Positions 16,187-25,615 of a stretch of DNA of 27,382 nt are shown piece after piece. The stretch covers positions 1 through 27,382 of the IMG/VR virus record IMGVR_UViG_3300032288_001588; one strand, written 5' to 3'. The DNA is from a virus. Taxonomy: Duplodnaviria > Caudoviricetes. The notes beneath the pieces are model-generated. The model did no database searches. It saw nothing but the letters and a program-made list of their open reading frames with translations, and had not been told where the DNA came from. A program made the translations under genes and the position numbers. Each line of letters opens with the position of its first letter. The stretch's first letter is position 1.

Positions 16187-16195
16187 ATATTTATA
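16187..16195 (+). promoter_or_regulatory. Putative late promoter motif ATATTTATA
   Basis: Ends 4 nt before the ATG at 16200. Confidence 0.45.
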
Positions 16196-16199
16196 TGAT

Positions 16200-19100
16200 A
16201 TGAAGGGATTGGCAAAATTTTTAGTGGAATCAATATTGGAAGAAGCGGCAGGGATGGACAAAGTAGTTGTTGTCTATTCAGGCCGCTTTCAACCATTTCA
16301 TAAGGGCCATTACGCAACTTATGAAAATTTAGTACGCAAATTCGGTAAAGATAGCGTATATATCGGAACTTCTAATGTTACCGATTCAAAAAAATCTCCA
16401 TTTAATTTTAAGGAAAAGAAAGCAATAATGATGCAGATGTTTGGGATACCATCATCTAAAATTGTTAATGTCAAAAACCCATATGCACCTGAAGAAATAT
16501 TAAAGAAATATGATTCAGATACTACTGGTTTAATAGTTGTAGTTGGTGAAAAAGACCAAAATCGTTTAGGTGGTAAATACTTTACACCATATAAAGGTAA
16601 AGTTGATAAAGGGTATTTGGATAAAGGATATGTGTATGCATCACCATCACAACCCAATCCAATTAGTGGTACTGATGTTCGTTATTGGTTAAGTGCTGGT
16701 AGTGAAGCTGAAAGAAAAAACAATTTTACAAAAGCATATCCAAAGTTTGATAATCAGATATTCAAATTAATTACGCTTAAATTGAAAAGCTTAAAAGAAT
16801 ATATTAGTGAAGAAATCAAATTAAACGTAAAGGTTGGCGATACTCTATTGATGGGTAAATTCAAAAACAAAAAAGTAGTTGTTAAATCGATTGGTGAGGA
16901 TGAATGGGGAATGCCAACAATCAATGGTAAAAAAGCAGTAACATTCAGAATTCCTAAAAAAACCGATTTGAAAGAAAGTACTGGTATGGTTGGCTTAGCT
17001 GCAGATCCCGGTGAGCCTGATACTGGATATGTTCCCGATGGTAAACCAAGAATATTGAATACAACAAAACCAGAACCTTGGTTTAATCAGGGTGGATATA
17101 CTCAATTACATACTCCAAAAGCAGATGCTATGAGAGGTAAGGGTAAATCTAAAGATACCGAAACTCAATTTAGAAAAGCATATTATAAAGTTAAAAACGT
17201 AACACAAAGCACATTAAATCCAGCAGATGACCCACATAAGGTTGAAGATTGGGAAGAAACTAATAGAGATACTCCTTTGAAAAAACCTAAAAGATTTTGG
17301 GAATTGCCTGATAATCAAAAGAACACAATTATATCAAAAGAAGATATTAAAGAAATAGTTGATGAATTGGATTCATTGATAGATGAAATGGGATTTCCCG
17401 GCGGAGCTGGTGTGGGTTTAAGTTTACCTGGTGGATATATAAATGGTGCACCTAAAGCTGATGATGTTAAGAAGGTTAGTAAAAAACTTAACAATAAAGG
17501 TATGAGTGGATATGAGGAGATAGATGAGAATACTGATTCGGATATGATACAATGTTCTAAATGTGATTGGGAATGGAAAAAATCAGAAGGGGGTGAGCAT
17601 CCATATACTTGCCATAAGTGTGGTAACGATAATTCTAATTTATATGAAATAGCGGTTCAGGTTGATAATATTCCTGGTGGTTTAGCAAAAGGAAAAACCC
17701 TAATTGATTTGGCTAAAAAGTGGGATATAAAAGGATACTATGACCCACAACAATATGCAGCAGAATATATTAAACCCCAATTAATGAAAGGTATTAAAGT
17801 TGAAATGGAACATACAACCGATGTTCGTATTGCAACTGAAATCGCTATGGACCATTTGTGGGAAGATATTAAATATTACGATAAGTTAGCTAAAATGGAA
17901 AATCCAACAAACGAAGGATTGAAAGATTTAGAAAAAGAACTTGTGTTATTATATAATAAGGCTTTTAAGATGATGCCAAAATCTCCTGCACAAATGAAAG
18001 TTAGAGCAGAGATAGATAAACTTAGAAAGGAAATTGAAAAATTAAAAAAAGAAAATATAGATGAGGCAACTTCATCTGAAATCCTAAAAGATTTGGATAA
18101 GGTAAAATCTGATTTACTTAAAAAAGCAGAAGTATTAATTGTAAAAAAGAAAAAACTTTATTCTGATGTTGATATCGAATCTCCAATGAGTGCAGATGAA
18201 AAGAAACTGGATAAAGATATTGCAGATATATTCTCACAAATTAATCAATTAGTTCTTCAGAAAAGAAGTTTGAAAAAAGAATCAGTAAACGAATCTCTAT
18301 TGTTAGAAGGTGGGGCTTATGGACATATGGCACATCCATTTGATATTGAGATGAACCTTACATTCGGTGACCTTAAAACAATTGTAACCAAAGCACTTAA
18401 TGGTGATTTAGAATTAGCAAGAGAAAAAACTGATGGGCAGGCATTGGCAGTTAGTTGGGTAAATGGTAGATTAGTTGCAGCTCGTAACAAATCACACCTA
18501 AAAAACAAAGGTGAGGGTGCTATGACAATAGGACAGGTAGCAGATAAGTTTGCTGGTAGAGGTGGATTAACCGATGCTTATAACTTCGCTATGAAAGATT
18601 TATCAGCAGCAATTGCAGCACTATCAGAACCACAACGTAAGAAGATTTTTAAGGATGGTAGTTCGTTTATGAACTTGGAAGTAATATATCCAACCTCTGT
18701 AAATGTAATCCCTTACAATCAACCCCTGTTAGTATTTCATGGTACGTTTGATTATGATATGGATGGTACTATTGTAGGTGAGAATCAACAAGCAGCATCT
18801 ATATTAGGTGGAATGATTAAGCAAGTAAATGCGCATGTACAATCTAAGTACACAATACAAGGACCACCAATGAATAAGTTACCTAAATCAGAACACCTTT
18901 CTAAATTAAAAGGAAAGTATATTTCAATGATAGGGAAGCTTCAATCGGAATTTGGATTATCTGATAACGATGGTGTGGCTGATTATCATCAAGCATGGTG
19001 GACTAAGTTTGTAGAAAAGGGTGGAAAAAAATTAGATGCACAAGAAAAAATAGGATTAGTTAAGAGATGGGCTTTTAACGATAAATCATTCCGTATAAAT

Positions 19101-19502
19101 ACTATACAAGACACTAAGCTAAGAGCTTGGGCTGAACAAATAGATAAACAAGACCAACAAAAGATATCAAAGCAAAATCTAATGAGATTTGAGGAAATAT
19201 TTTTAGGAGTTGGTGCTGATGTATTATCTTTTATGAGTTCTGTACTTACAGCAAATCCTGATAGTGCCAAAAGACAAATGGTAGCTCGTTTAGAATCTAC
19301 AATTCAACAAGTAAAAGCAAGTGGTGACCCTAAGAAGATTGCAAAATTGAAATTAGAGTTAGAAAGACTTAATGCACTTGGTGGATTTGAAAAGATTGTA
19401 CCAAATGAGGGTATTGTATTCGTTTATGGTGGTAACACTTACAAATTAACAGGTGCATTCGCACCCCTAAATCAAATTTTAGGTATTTTCTTCGATAGTT
19501 AA
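16200..19502 (+). CDS. Mosaic 1100-aa protein: N-terminal HxGH (cytidylyltransferase-like) nucleotidyltransferase, small internal domains incl. Zn ribbon, C-terminal RNA-ligase-like nucleotidyltransferase fold
   Basis: GRFQPFHKGH and ISGTDVR at the N-terminus; CSKC...CHKC; KGIKVEMEHT...EIAMDHL.E...YY; C-terminal EKTDG, NLEVI, LVFHG, EGIVF, YKLTG resembling ligase motifs I, III, IIIa, IV, V. Confidence 0.65.
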   Translation: MKGLAKFLVESILEEAAGMDKVVVVYSGRFQPFHKGHYATYENLVRKFGKDSVYIGTSNVTDSKKSPFNFKEKKAIMMQMFGIPSSKIVNVKNPYAPEEILKKYDSDTTGLIVVVGEKDQNRLGGKYFTPYKGKVDKGYLDKGYVYASPSQPNPISGTDVRYWLSAGSEAERKNNFTKAYPKFDNQIFKLITLKLKSLKEYISEEIKLNVKVGDTLLMGKFKNKKVVVKSIGEDEWGMPTINGKKAVTFRIPKKTDLKESTGMVGLAADPGEPDTGYVPDGKPRILNTTKPEPWFNQGGYTQLHTPKADAMRGKGKSKDTETQFRKAYYKVKNVTQSTLNPADDPHKVEDWEETNRDTPLKKPKRFWELPDNQKNTIISKEDIKEIVDELDSLIDEMGFPGGAGVGLSLPGGYINGAPKADDVKKVSKKLNNKGMSGYEEIDENTDSDMIQCSKCDWEWKKSEGGEHPYTCHKCGNDNSNLYEIAVQVDNIPGGLAKGKTLIDLAKKWDIKGYYDPQQYAAEYIKPQLMKGIKVEMEHTTDVRIATEIAMDHLWEDIKYYDKLAKMENPTNEGLKDLEKELVLLYNKAFKMMPKSPAQMKVRAEIDKLRKEIEKLKKENIDEATSSEILKDLDKVKSDLLKKAEVLIVKKKKLYSDVDIESPMSADEKKLDKDIADIFSQINQLVLQKRSLKKESVNESLLLEGGAYGHMAHPFDIEMNLTFGDLKTIVTKALNGDLELAREKTDGQALAVSWVNGRLVAARNKSHLKNKGEGAMTIGQVADKFAGRGGLTDAYNFAMKDLSAAIAALSEPQRKKIFKDGSSFMNLEVIYPTSVNVIPYNQPLLVFHGTFDYDMDGTIVGENQQAASILGGMIKQVNAHVQSKYTIQGPPMNKLPKSEHLSKLKGKYISMIGKLQSEFGLSDNDGVADYHQAWWTKFVEKGGKKLDAQEKIGLVKRWAFNDKSFRINTIQDTKLRAWAEQIDKQDQQKISKQNLMRFEEIFLGVGADVLSFMSSVLTANPDSAKRQMVARLESTIQQVKASGDPKKIAKLKLELERLNALGGFEKIVPNEGIVFVYGGNTYKLTGAFAPLNQILGIFFDS

Positions 19503-19521
19503 TCGTTTTTTGAATTTTGAT

Positions 19522-19530
19522 ATACTTATA
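19522..19530 (+). promoter_or_regulatory. Putative late promoter motif ATACTTATA
   Basis: Recurrent intergenic motif upstream of the terminase unit. Confidence 0.5.
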
Positions 19531-19553
19531 TATACAAATATATCGTAAGTAAT

Positions 19554-20237
19554 ATGGCAAAGGAATTCAATAAAAAGTTTATGCATCCAACCCGTAGAAA
19601 GTTGGTGGATATGGTATTAACTGGTGGTGATTATCAAAAAGAAGCATTTGTATCATTCGCAGGGGCTGATAAAGAAATAATAAAACGCAAGGTTGGTGAA
19701 AGATGGACGGATGAAAATGGTAAGTCTTGGGAACAAACCGAAGGTGGTAGAATAGAATTTTCGGAATTAGGTGATATAATGGCTGAGACTAGAGCTTATT
19801 TAGATAAGTTGAATAGTTGCAAATCAGATAATTGTAAAACGATTAAAATAGGTAGAGTTGATAAAAAGCTAATATCTAAGACTGGATATTGTTTACATTG
19901 TCTTACTTTAAGAGAAGCTCAAATAAAATTAGATGGTTTATGGGAAGCATATGAAGATTATAAAATATATTCTAATATGATTGCATATGGTAATGATATA
20001 GTGGCTCAGTTTAAGCAAGCTTATAGAGATGCAAAACAAACTTACGAAGTAGTTCAAGAAGATGGTAAGATTGAAACTTGGAGTATGGAGAGGGATGTAG
20101 AAGAACTTAAAGCAGAAATACTTTTAGAAATTGTTAAGTTTGAAGGAGAGATTGAACAAGCCACAAAACTAAGAAATGAAGCTTACGAAAAATTGAAAGA
20201 TAAAAATTACGATTTAGTAAGACCACTTAACGATTAG
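19554..20237 (+). CDS. Hypothetical protein (227 aa) with putative Zn-binding Cys pairs, immediately upstream of terL
   Basis: CKSDNC...YCLHC; C-terminal helix; 1-nt gap to terL. Confidence 0.7.
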   Translation: MAKEFNKKFMHPTRRKLVDMVLTGGDYQKEAFVSFAGADKEIIKRKVGERWTDENGKSWEQTEGGRIEFSELGDIMAETRAYLDKLNSCKSDNCKTIKIGRVDKKLISKTGYCLHCLTLREAQIKLDGLWEAYEDYKIYSNMIAYGNDIVAQFKQAYRDAKQTYEVVQEDGKIETWSMERDVEELKAEILLEIVKFEGEIEQATKLRNEAYEKLKDKNYDLVRPLND

Positions 20238-20238
20238 T

Positions 20239-21834
20239 ATGAGTACAGGCATAACACAAAAGAAATCCCTAAAGGATATAATAGCAGAAGAATACAAAAA
20301 GTGTGCGGTAGACCCGATTCACTTTATGAAAAAGTATTGTATGATTCAGCATCCAGTTAGAGGTAAGATACCTTTTCATCTATTTCCATTTCAGGAAAAG
20401 ACTCTAACTCAATTTGCAAACAATAGATTTAATATAGTATTAAAATCACGTCAAACTGGTATTTCTACTTTATCGGCTGGATACGCACTTTGGAAAATGA
20501 TATTCAATTCGGACTTTAACGTATTGGTTATTGCAACAAAGCAAGATGTAGCAAAGAACTTAGTAACTAAAGTAAGGGTAATGCATGAATTACTTCCTAG
20601 CTGGCTTAAGAACGGGTCTATGGAAGATAACAAACTTTCCCTTCGTTTAACAAATGGTTCTCAAATTAAGGCTATTGCATCATCTCCTGATGCAGGACGT
20701 TCTGAAGCCTTATCACTTCTAATATTTGATGAGGCCGCCTTTATTGATGATATCGATGATATTTGGGTGGCAGCTCAATCTACACTTTCAACGGGTGGTA
20801 GTTGTATTGCATTATCTACTCCAAATGGTGTGGGTAATTGGTTTCACCAAACTTGGTTAGGAGCTGAAGAAAGTAGAAACCCATTCAATACAATCCGTTT
20901 ACATTGGACCGTACATCCTGAAAGAGACCAAAAGTGGAGAGACCAACAACAAGAATTGTTGGGTGCAAAAAAAGCAGCTCAAGAATGTGATTGTGATTTT
21001 GTATCTTCTGGTGAAACGGTTGTAGATCCTGAACTTCTTATGTTTTATAAAGAAACATATTGCCAAGAACCATTAGAAAAGACTGGATTTGATGGTAACC
21101 TTTGGAGATGGGAATACCCTAATGCAAATAGTTCATATATGGTTGTAGCGGACGTTGCTAGAGGTGATGGGGCCGATTACTCAACTGCTCAGATAATAGA
21201 TATACAAACAGCTACACAAGTTGCAGAATACAAAGGAAAAATTGATACTAAGGATTTTGGTAATTTTTTAGTAAATCTATCAACTGAATATAATGAAGCA
21301 TTGCTTGTTATTGAAAACGCAAATATTGGTTGGGCAGCAATTCAACAATGTATAGATAGACAATATAAAAATTTATTCTATATGAGTAAAGATTTGAAGT
21401 ATGTGGATGTTGAACAACAATTACGAAATAAATACAGAGCCGAAGAAAGAGGTATGGTAGCTGGTTTCTCAACTACATCTAAGACTAGGCCATTAATTAT
21501 ATCTAAATTGGATGAATATTTTAGAGAAAAAGCAATTATAATACGTTCTAATCGTTTGATAGATGAGTTATTTACATTTATCTATATGAATGGTAGAGCA
21601 GAAGCTATGAAGGGGTATAATGATGACTTGGTAATGTCTTTATCCATAGCACTTTGGGTAAGAGATACCGCACTTAGATTGAGACAGGAGGGTATTGATT
21701 TAACAAAACGAACTTTGGGTGGTATATCATCTAATATGCAACATGCGGGTATATATGGTGGTGGTAATTCGGAGAACAACCCTTGGAAAATGAAAGTTGG
21801 TGATGGATTTGAAGATTTATCTCAATGGTTATAG
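20239..21834 (+). CDS. terL: Terminase large subunit (T4 gp17-like)
   Basis: LFPFQ adenine-binding motif, Walker A KSRQTGIST, Walker B LIFDEAAF, coupling motif STPNG, RNase H-like VADVARG...DYS and NDDLVMS. Confidence 0.95.
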   Translation: MSTGITQKKSLKDIIAEEYKKCAVDPIHFMKKYCMIQHPVRGKIPFHLFPFQEKTLTQFANNRFNIVLKSRQTGISTLSAGYALWKMIFNSDFNVLVIATKQDVAKNLVTKVRVMHELLPSWLKNGSMEDNKLSLRLTNGSQIKAIASSPDAGRSEALSLLIFDEAAFIDDIDDIWVAAQSTLSTGGSCIALSTPNGVGNWFHQTWLGAEESRNPFNTIRLHWTVHPERDQKWRDQQQELLGAKKAAQECDCDFVSSGETVVDPELLMFYKETYCQEPLEKTGFDGNLWRWEYPNANSSYMVVADVARGDGADYSTAQIIDIQTATQVAEYKGKIDTKDFGNFLVNLSTEYNEALLVIENANIGWAAIQQCIDRQYKNLFYMSKDLKYVDVEQQLRNKYRAEERGMVAGFSTTSKTRPLIISKLDEYFREKAIIIRSNRLIDELFTFIYMNGRAEAMKGYNDDLVMSLSIALWVRDTALRLRQEGIDLTKRTLGGISSNMQHAGIYGGGNSENNPWKMKVGDGFEDLSQWL

Positions 21835-21851
21835 TGTTTTGATATTTTACG

Positions 21852-21859
21852 ATATTTAT
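21852..21859 (+). promoter_or_regulatory. Putative late promoter motif ATATTTAT
   Basis: Recurrent intergenic motif. Confidence 0.4.
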
Positions 21860-21886
21860 GTTATATAATGTCAAAATAGAAATTCT

Positions 21887-22324
21887 ATGATTAAACTTAA
21901 ATCAATCCTTAATGAAGATGAATATGTAGATAATGCATACTCTAAAGGAGATACCCCACATGACAATCCGATTGATGATTATGATGAATTGGATGTAGAG
22001 CAAGAAGATATGGATGATTTCGTAAACTTCTTAAAAGCATACTCAACTCAATTAGAAGAAGCTAATTGCAATTGTGTTTACGAAGCTGAATATCAGGGTA
22101 GAGATGTGAAATTGGGTAAACCAATGCAGGGTGATGTTAAGAAGTTTAAGGTTTATGTTAAGAACCCAAAAACAGGAAAGGTAATTAAAGTAAACTTTGG
22201 AGAAAAGGGTGCAAAAATTAAAAAATCTAATCCTGAAAGACGAAAATCTTTTAGAGCAAGACACAATTGTGAAAATCCCGGTCCTAGAACAAAAGCAAGA
22301 TATTGGTCTTGTAGAAAATGGTAA
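21887..22324 (+). CDS. Hypothetical head-associated protein (145 aa): acidic N-half, basic C-terminal domain
   Basis: Leader MIKLKSILNE; C-terminal KFKVYV...VNFG...RRKSFRARHNC...YWSCRKW, of a kind I recall from T4-like phage head regions; lies between terL and portal. Confidence 0.65.
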   Translation: MIKLKSILNEDEYVDNAYSKGDTPHDNPIDDYDELDVEQEDMDDFVNFLKAYSTQLEEANCNCVYEAEYQGRDVKLGKPMQGDVKKFKVYVKNPKTGKVIKVNFGEKGAKIKKSNPERRKSFRARHNCENPGPRTKARYWSCRKW

Positions 22325-22331
22325 ATAAATT

Positions 22332-24116
22332 ATGGCAGAAGAACAACAATTAGATGACAGAAGCTTTTTTGGTAGGTTAAAGAAATTATTTTCAGCAAAC
22401 GCAATCGTAACCGTTGATAAACAAGGTAAACGAAAAGTAGTTGATGTTGAAGATAGACAAATGAATACTAATTTTGTAAATCTTAGAGATAGATATTCTA
22501 AATTACAAAGGTCTTATTATGAAAACCAGCAAGGAGCCCAATCAATGGCATATCATCAAGTTCGTAGAGAACTTTTTAGGGATTATGATGCTATGGACCA
22601 AGACCCTATTATTGCATCTGCATTAGATATATACGCTGATGAAAGTACAACTAAGAATGAATATGGTGATGTACTTCAAATTAAATCTACAAATGAAAAT
22701 GTAAGAGAATTACTTCATAATCTTTTTTATGATGTAATGAATGTTGAGTTTAATTTATGGCCTTGGGTTAGAAACCTTGTAAAATATGGAGATGCATTCT
22801 TAGCATTAGAAATTGCAGAAGGTAAGGGTGTTATAAATATAATGCCACATTCTGTTTATAATACGGAAAGACTTGAAGGTACAGACCCTAATAATTTCAA
22901 CTATGTAAAATATAAAGTTGAAATGGATAGATTAGGTAAAAAAGAATATGAAGCATATGAGATGGCTCACTTCCGTTTACTATCAGATACTAATTTTTTA
23001 CCATATGGTAAAGCTATGATTGAAAATGGTAGAAGGATTTGGAAACAATTATCTTTAATGGAAGATGCGATGTTAATACATCGTATTATGAGAGCACCTG
23101 AAAAGAGAATATTCAAAATTGATATTGGTAATATTCCACCTCAAGAAGTAGATAATTACATGCAAAAGATTATTAACAAAATGAAAAAGACACCATTTGT
23201 TAATAAAGAAACGGGAGATTACAACTTAAAGTATAATATACAAAATCTTACGGAAGATTTTTTCCTACCGGTACGTGGTAGTGATAGTGGAACAAATATC
23301 GAAAATTTACAGGGGTTAGAATATGCAGCTATCGAAGATATTGATTACTTAAAGAATAAATTATTTGCAGCATTAAGAGTTCCAAAGGCTTACTTATCGT
23401 ATGATGAGAACGTTAATGGTAAAGCTACTCTAGCTGCAGAAGATGTTCGTTTTGCAAGAACTATTGAAAGAATTCAACGAACAGTTGTTAGTGAATTAAC
23501 TAAAATAGCAATTGTACACTTAGCAGCGCAAGGTATAAATGATTCAGAATTAACAAACTTTGAATTAACACTTACAAATGCATCTACAATATATGAGCAA
23601 GAAAAAGTAAACCTATGGAGTGAAAAGGTAAGATTAGCATCTGACCTTAAAGCTCTTAATATGTTATCTACCGATTGGGCATACCATAATGTATTTGGAA
23701 TGTCACAAGATGAAGTTGATGTTGAAAGAGCTAAGTTAATATTGGATATTAAAGACCGTTTCCGCTACAATTCAATAGAGCAGCAGGGAGAAGACCCAGC
23801 AAATCCACCACAACAACAAAATGTGGAGGAGGAAATAGATAAAATGAAACAAGAGATAGTTGATGGTAAGGTTGGAAGACCTAGAGAGGGTAATACTTAT
23901 GGTAAAGATAAACATCCATATGGTAGAGACCCGCTTGGCAATAAAGAAAACGAAGCAGAGAGAAAGAGAGATAATAGAGTTGGGACTAGTAGTCATAAAA
24001 AATTAGCAAGAGAATATATAAACGGGATATCAGCAAAAAAGAAAATTCTAAGTGAAAAAACACAGAAAATGGACCTTTTGGATGAAAATAATCTATTAGA
24101 TGACATTAAAATTTAA
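22332..24116 (+). CDS. gp20: Portal vertex protein (T4 gp20-like)
   Basis: EDAMLIHRIMRAPEKRIFKIDIGNIP, EDFFLPVRG, IEDIDYLKNKLFAALRVP, EDVRFARTIERIQ. Confidence 0.95.
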   Translation: MAEEQQLDDRSFFGRLKKLFSANAIVTVDKQGKRKVVDVEDRQMNTNFVNLRDRYSKLQRSYYENQQGAQSMAYHQVRRELFRDYDAMDQDPIIASALDIYADESTTKNEYGDVLQIKSTNENVRELLHNLFYDVMNVEFNLWPWVRNLVKYGDAFLALEIAEGKGVINIMPHSVYNTERLEGTDPNNFNYVKYKVEMDRLGKKEYEAYEMAHFRLLSDTNFLPYGKAMIENGRRIWKQLSLMEDAMLIHRIMRAPEKRIFKIDIGNIPPQEVDNYMQKIINKMKKTPFVNKETGDYNLKYNIQNLTEDFFLPVRGSDSGTNIENLQGLEYAAIEDIDYLKNKLFAALRVPKAYLSYDENVNGKATLAAEDVRFARTIERIQRTVVSELTKIAIVHLAAQGINDSELTNFELTLTNASTIYEQEKVNLWSEKVRLASDLKALNMLSTDWAYHNVFGMSQDEVDVERAKLILDIKDRFRYNSIEQQGEDPANPPQQQNVEEEIDKMKQEIVDGKVGRPREGNTYGKDKHPYGRDPLGNKENEAERKRDNRVGTSSHKKLAREYINGISAKKKILSEKTQKMDLLDENNLLDDIKI

Positions 24117-24133
24117 TAAAGATTAAAATGTTT

Positions 24134-24142
24134 ATATTTATA
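24134..24142 (+). promoter_or_regulatory. Putative late promoter motif ATATTTATA
   Basis: Recurrent intergenic motif. Confidence 0.45.
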
Positions 24143-24152
24143 TGTGTTAGTT

Positions 24153-24182
24153 TATAGGGTAATTAAATATAGGGTAATTAAA
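24153..24182 (+). repeat. Perfect 15-bp tandem duplication TATAGGGTAATTAAA x2
   Basis: Copies at 24153-24167 and 24168-24182; the last base is the A of the ATG. Confidence 0.9.
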
Positions 24183-25051
24183 TGAAAAAAATTAAACATT
24201 CCAAGTTTAAGAACACTGGGGTGTTATTTGAGCTTTTAGTAAGACAAATAACGTTGGAAGTTCTTAATGGCGATAAAAAAGAAACCGCTAAAAACATTGT
24301 AAGAGAGTTCTTCGCTCCTAATACAGAGTTAAATAAAGAATTACGTCTTTATGACATATTATTGAAGGAAAAGTATAGTTCCGAAACAAAAGCGGATAGA
24401 TTGGTAGAGACTGTTTGTGATGCACATACTAAATTAAACCAATCAGTATTATCAAAGGAGAAATTTAATCTTATTAAAGAGGTTTCAGCAAAGTTTGATA
24501 TTGAACAATTCCTATCATCTCCTATTTCTAACTATAAAGTACTTGCATCTATATACAAAGTATTTGAATCTAAAAGAGAATCAAATTATGATGTTAAAGA
24601 TATTTTTAATTCTAAAGTTACTTTAATTGAAAACATTACATCTAAACCTTCGCAAAAACTTCAACCAACTGAAGATAAGAAGTTGATTGAATCCTATAAA
24701 CAACAAGACAAAGACCTTAGATTACTTACCTATAAAATACTTGTAGAAACTTTTAATAAAAAATATACAAATTTGAATGATTCTCAAAAGAATCTATTAA
24801 AAGAGTATATTAATAATATTACTAATACTACTAAGTTCAAAGATTATGTTGGAATTGAACTTCCAAAAATTATAGCTGAATTAAAAGCTATTAAAACAAA
24901 AGTAGAAGATAAAGTTACTACTATTAAGTTGTCTGAAACTATTTCTGTTTTAGAAAAAATGAAAATGGGTAAAACTGTATCCGATTCTCAAGTTTCATCA
25001 ATTATGCTTTCATATGAGCTAATTAAAGAACTTAAATCTAAATTAAATTAA
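24182..25051 (+). CDS. Hypothetical helical protein of the head module (289 aa)
   Basis: Long ORF between portal and protease; KHSKFKNTGVLFELLVRQIT N-terminus; no motif recognised. Confidence 0.75.
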   Translation: MKKIKHSKFKNTGVLFELLVRQITLEVLNGDKKETAKNIVREFFAPNTELNKELRLYDILLKEKYSSETKADRLVETVCDAHTKLNQSVLSKEKFNLIKEVSAKFDIEQFLSSPISNYKVLASIYKVFESKRESNYDVKDIFNSKVTLIENITSKPSQKLQPTEDKKLIESYKQQDKDLRLLTYKILVETFNKKYTNLNDSQKNLLKEYINNITNTTKFKDYVGIELPKIIAELKAIKTKVEDKVTTIKLSETISVLEKMKMGKTVSDSQVSSIMLSYELIKELKSKLN

Positions 25052-25614
25052 TGGAAGCTAGATTAAAAGAAATAATCAGAAGTATAGTTAAAGAAATTCA
25101 ATCGGAAGAAGAATTGGAAGAAATGTCGGTAACTGGTGGTGTAGCGGGATACGATACACCAGCTGCATTTTCTAAACCAGGTCAAACTGCAAAGAAAAAT
25201 AAAAGATTAGCTAAAGCTACTGGTGGTACTGTTGTAAATACATTATCTGAAATGGAATCCGATTATGCATTAGGCCATATTCCGGTTAGTAAAGATGAAT
25301 TTTTACCGATGAAAAAAGTGGCAGCTAAAGATGTAGATGGTGGTACTATTGCACGTATTAGTGGAATGGAATTGACTGAAAATCGTTGGTTAGCAATTAA
25401 AAATGAAGATGGTTCTCCTAAAGCTAAAATGAGTAAGGGTATAACATCTATCAAACAACAATTAGGTGAAGTTGAGAAATTTGTTAATTGGTATTCTAAG
25501 ATAAAGAATGAAAATGGTGTTAAGAGAGATGATTACTATAAAAGAACAAATAAAAGTTTACATAAGATAAAAGAGAGATTAATGAATCTTTCAGAAAAAA
25601 TTAGAACTTTATAA
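25051..25614 (+). CDS. Hypothetical head/core protein (187 aa)
   Basis: TAATG-coupled to the previous gene; LEEMSVTGGVAGYDTPAAF; several LxE sites. Confidence 0.7.
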   Translation: MEARLKEIIRSIVKEIQSEEELEEMSVTGGVAGYDTPAAFSKPGQTAKKNKRLAKATGGTVVNTLSEMESDYALGHIPVSKDEFLPMKKVAAKDVDGGTIARISGMELTENRWLAIKNEDGSPKAKMSKGITSIKQQLGEVEKFVNWYSKIKNENGVKRDDYYKRTNKSLHKIKERLMNLSEKIRTL

Positions 25615-25615
25615 T

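Noticed and set aside
20239-24116. Intein or intron in terminase or portal
   Set aside because: Lengths are ordinary and motifs contiguous; no splice motifs or homing endonuclease seen.
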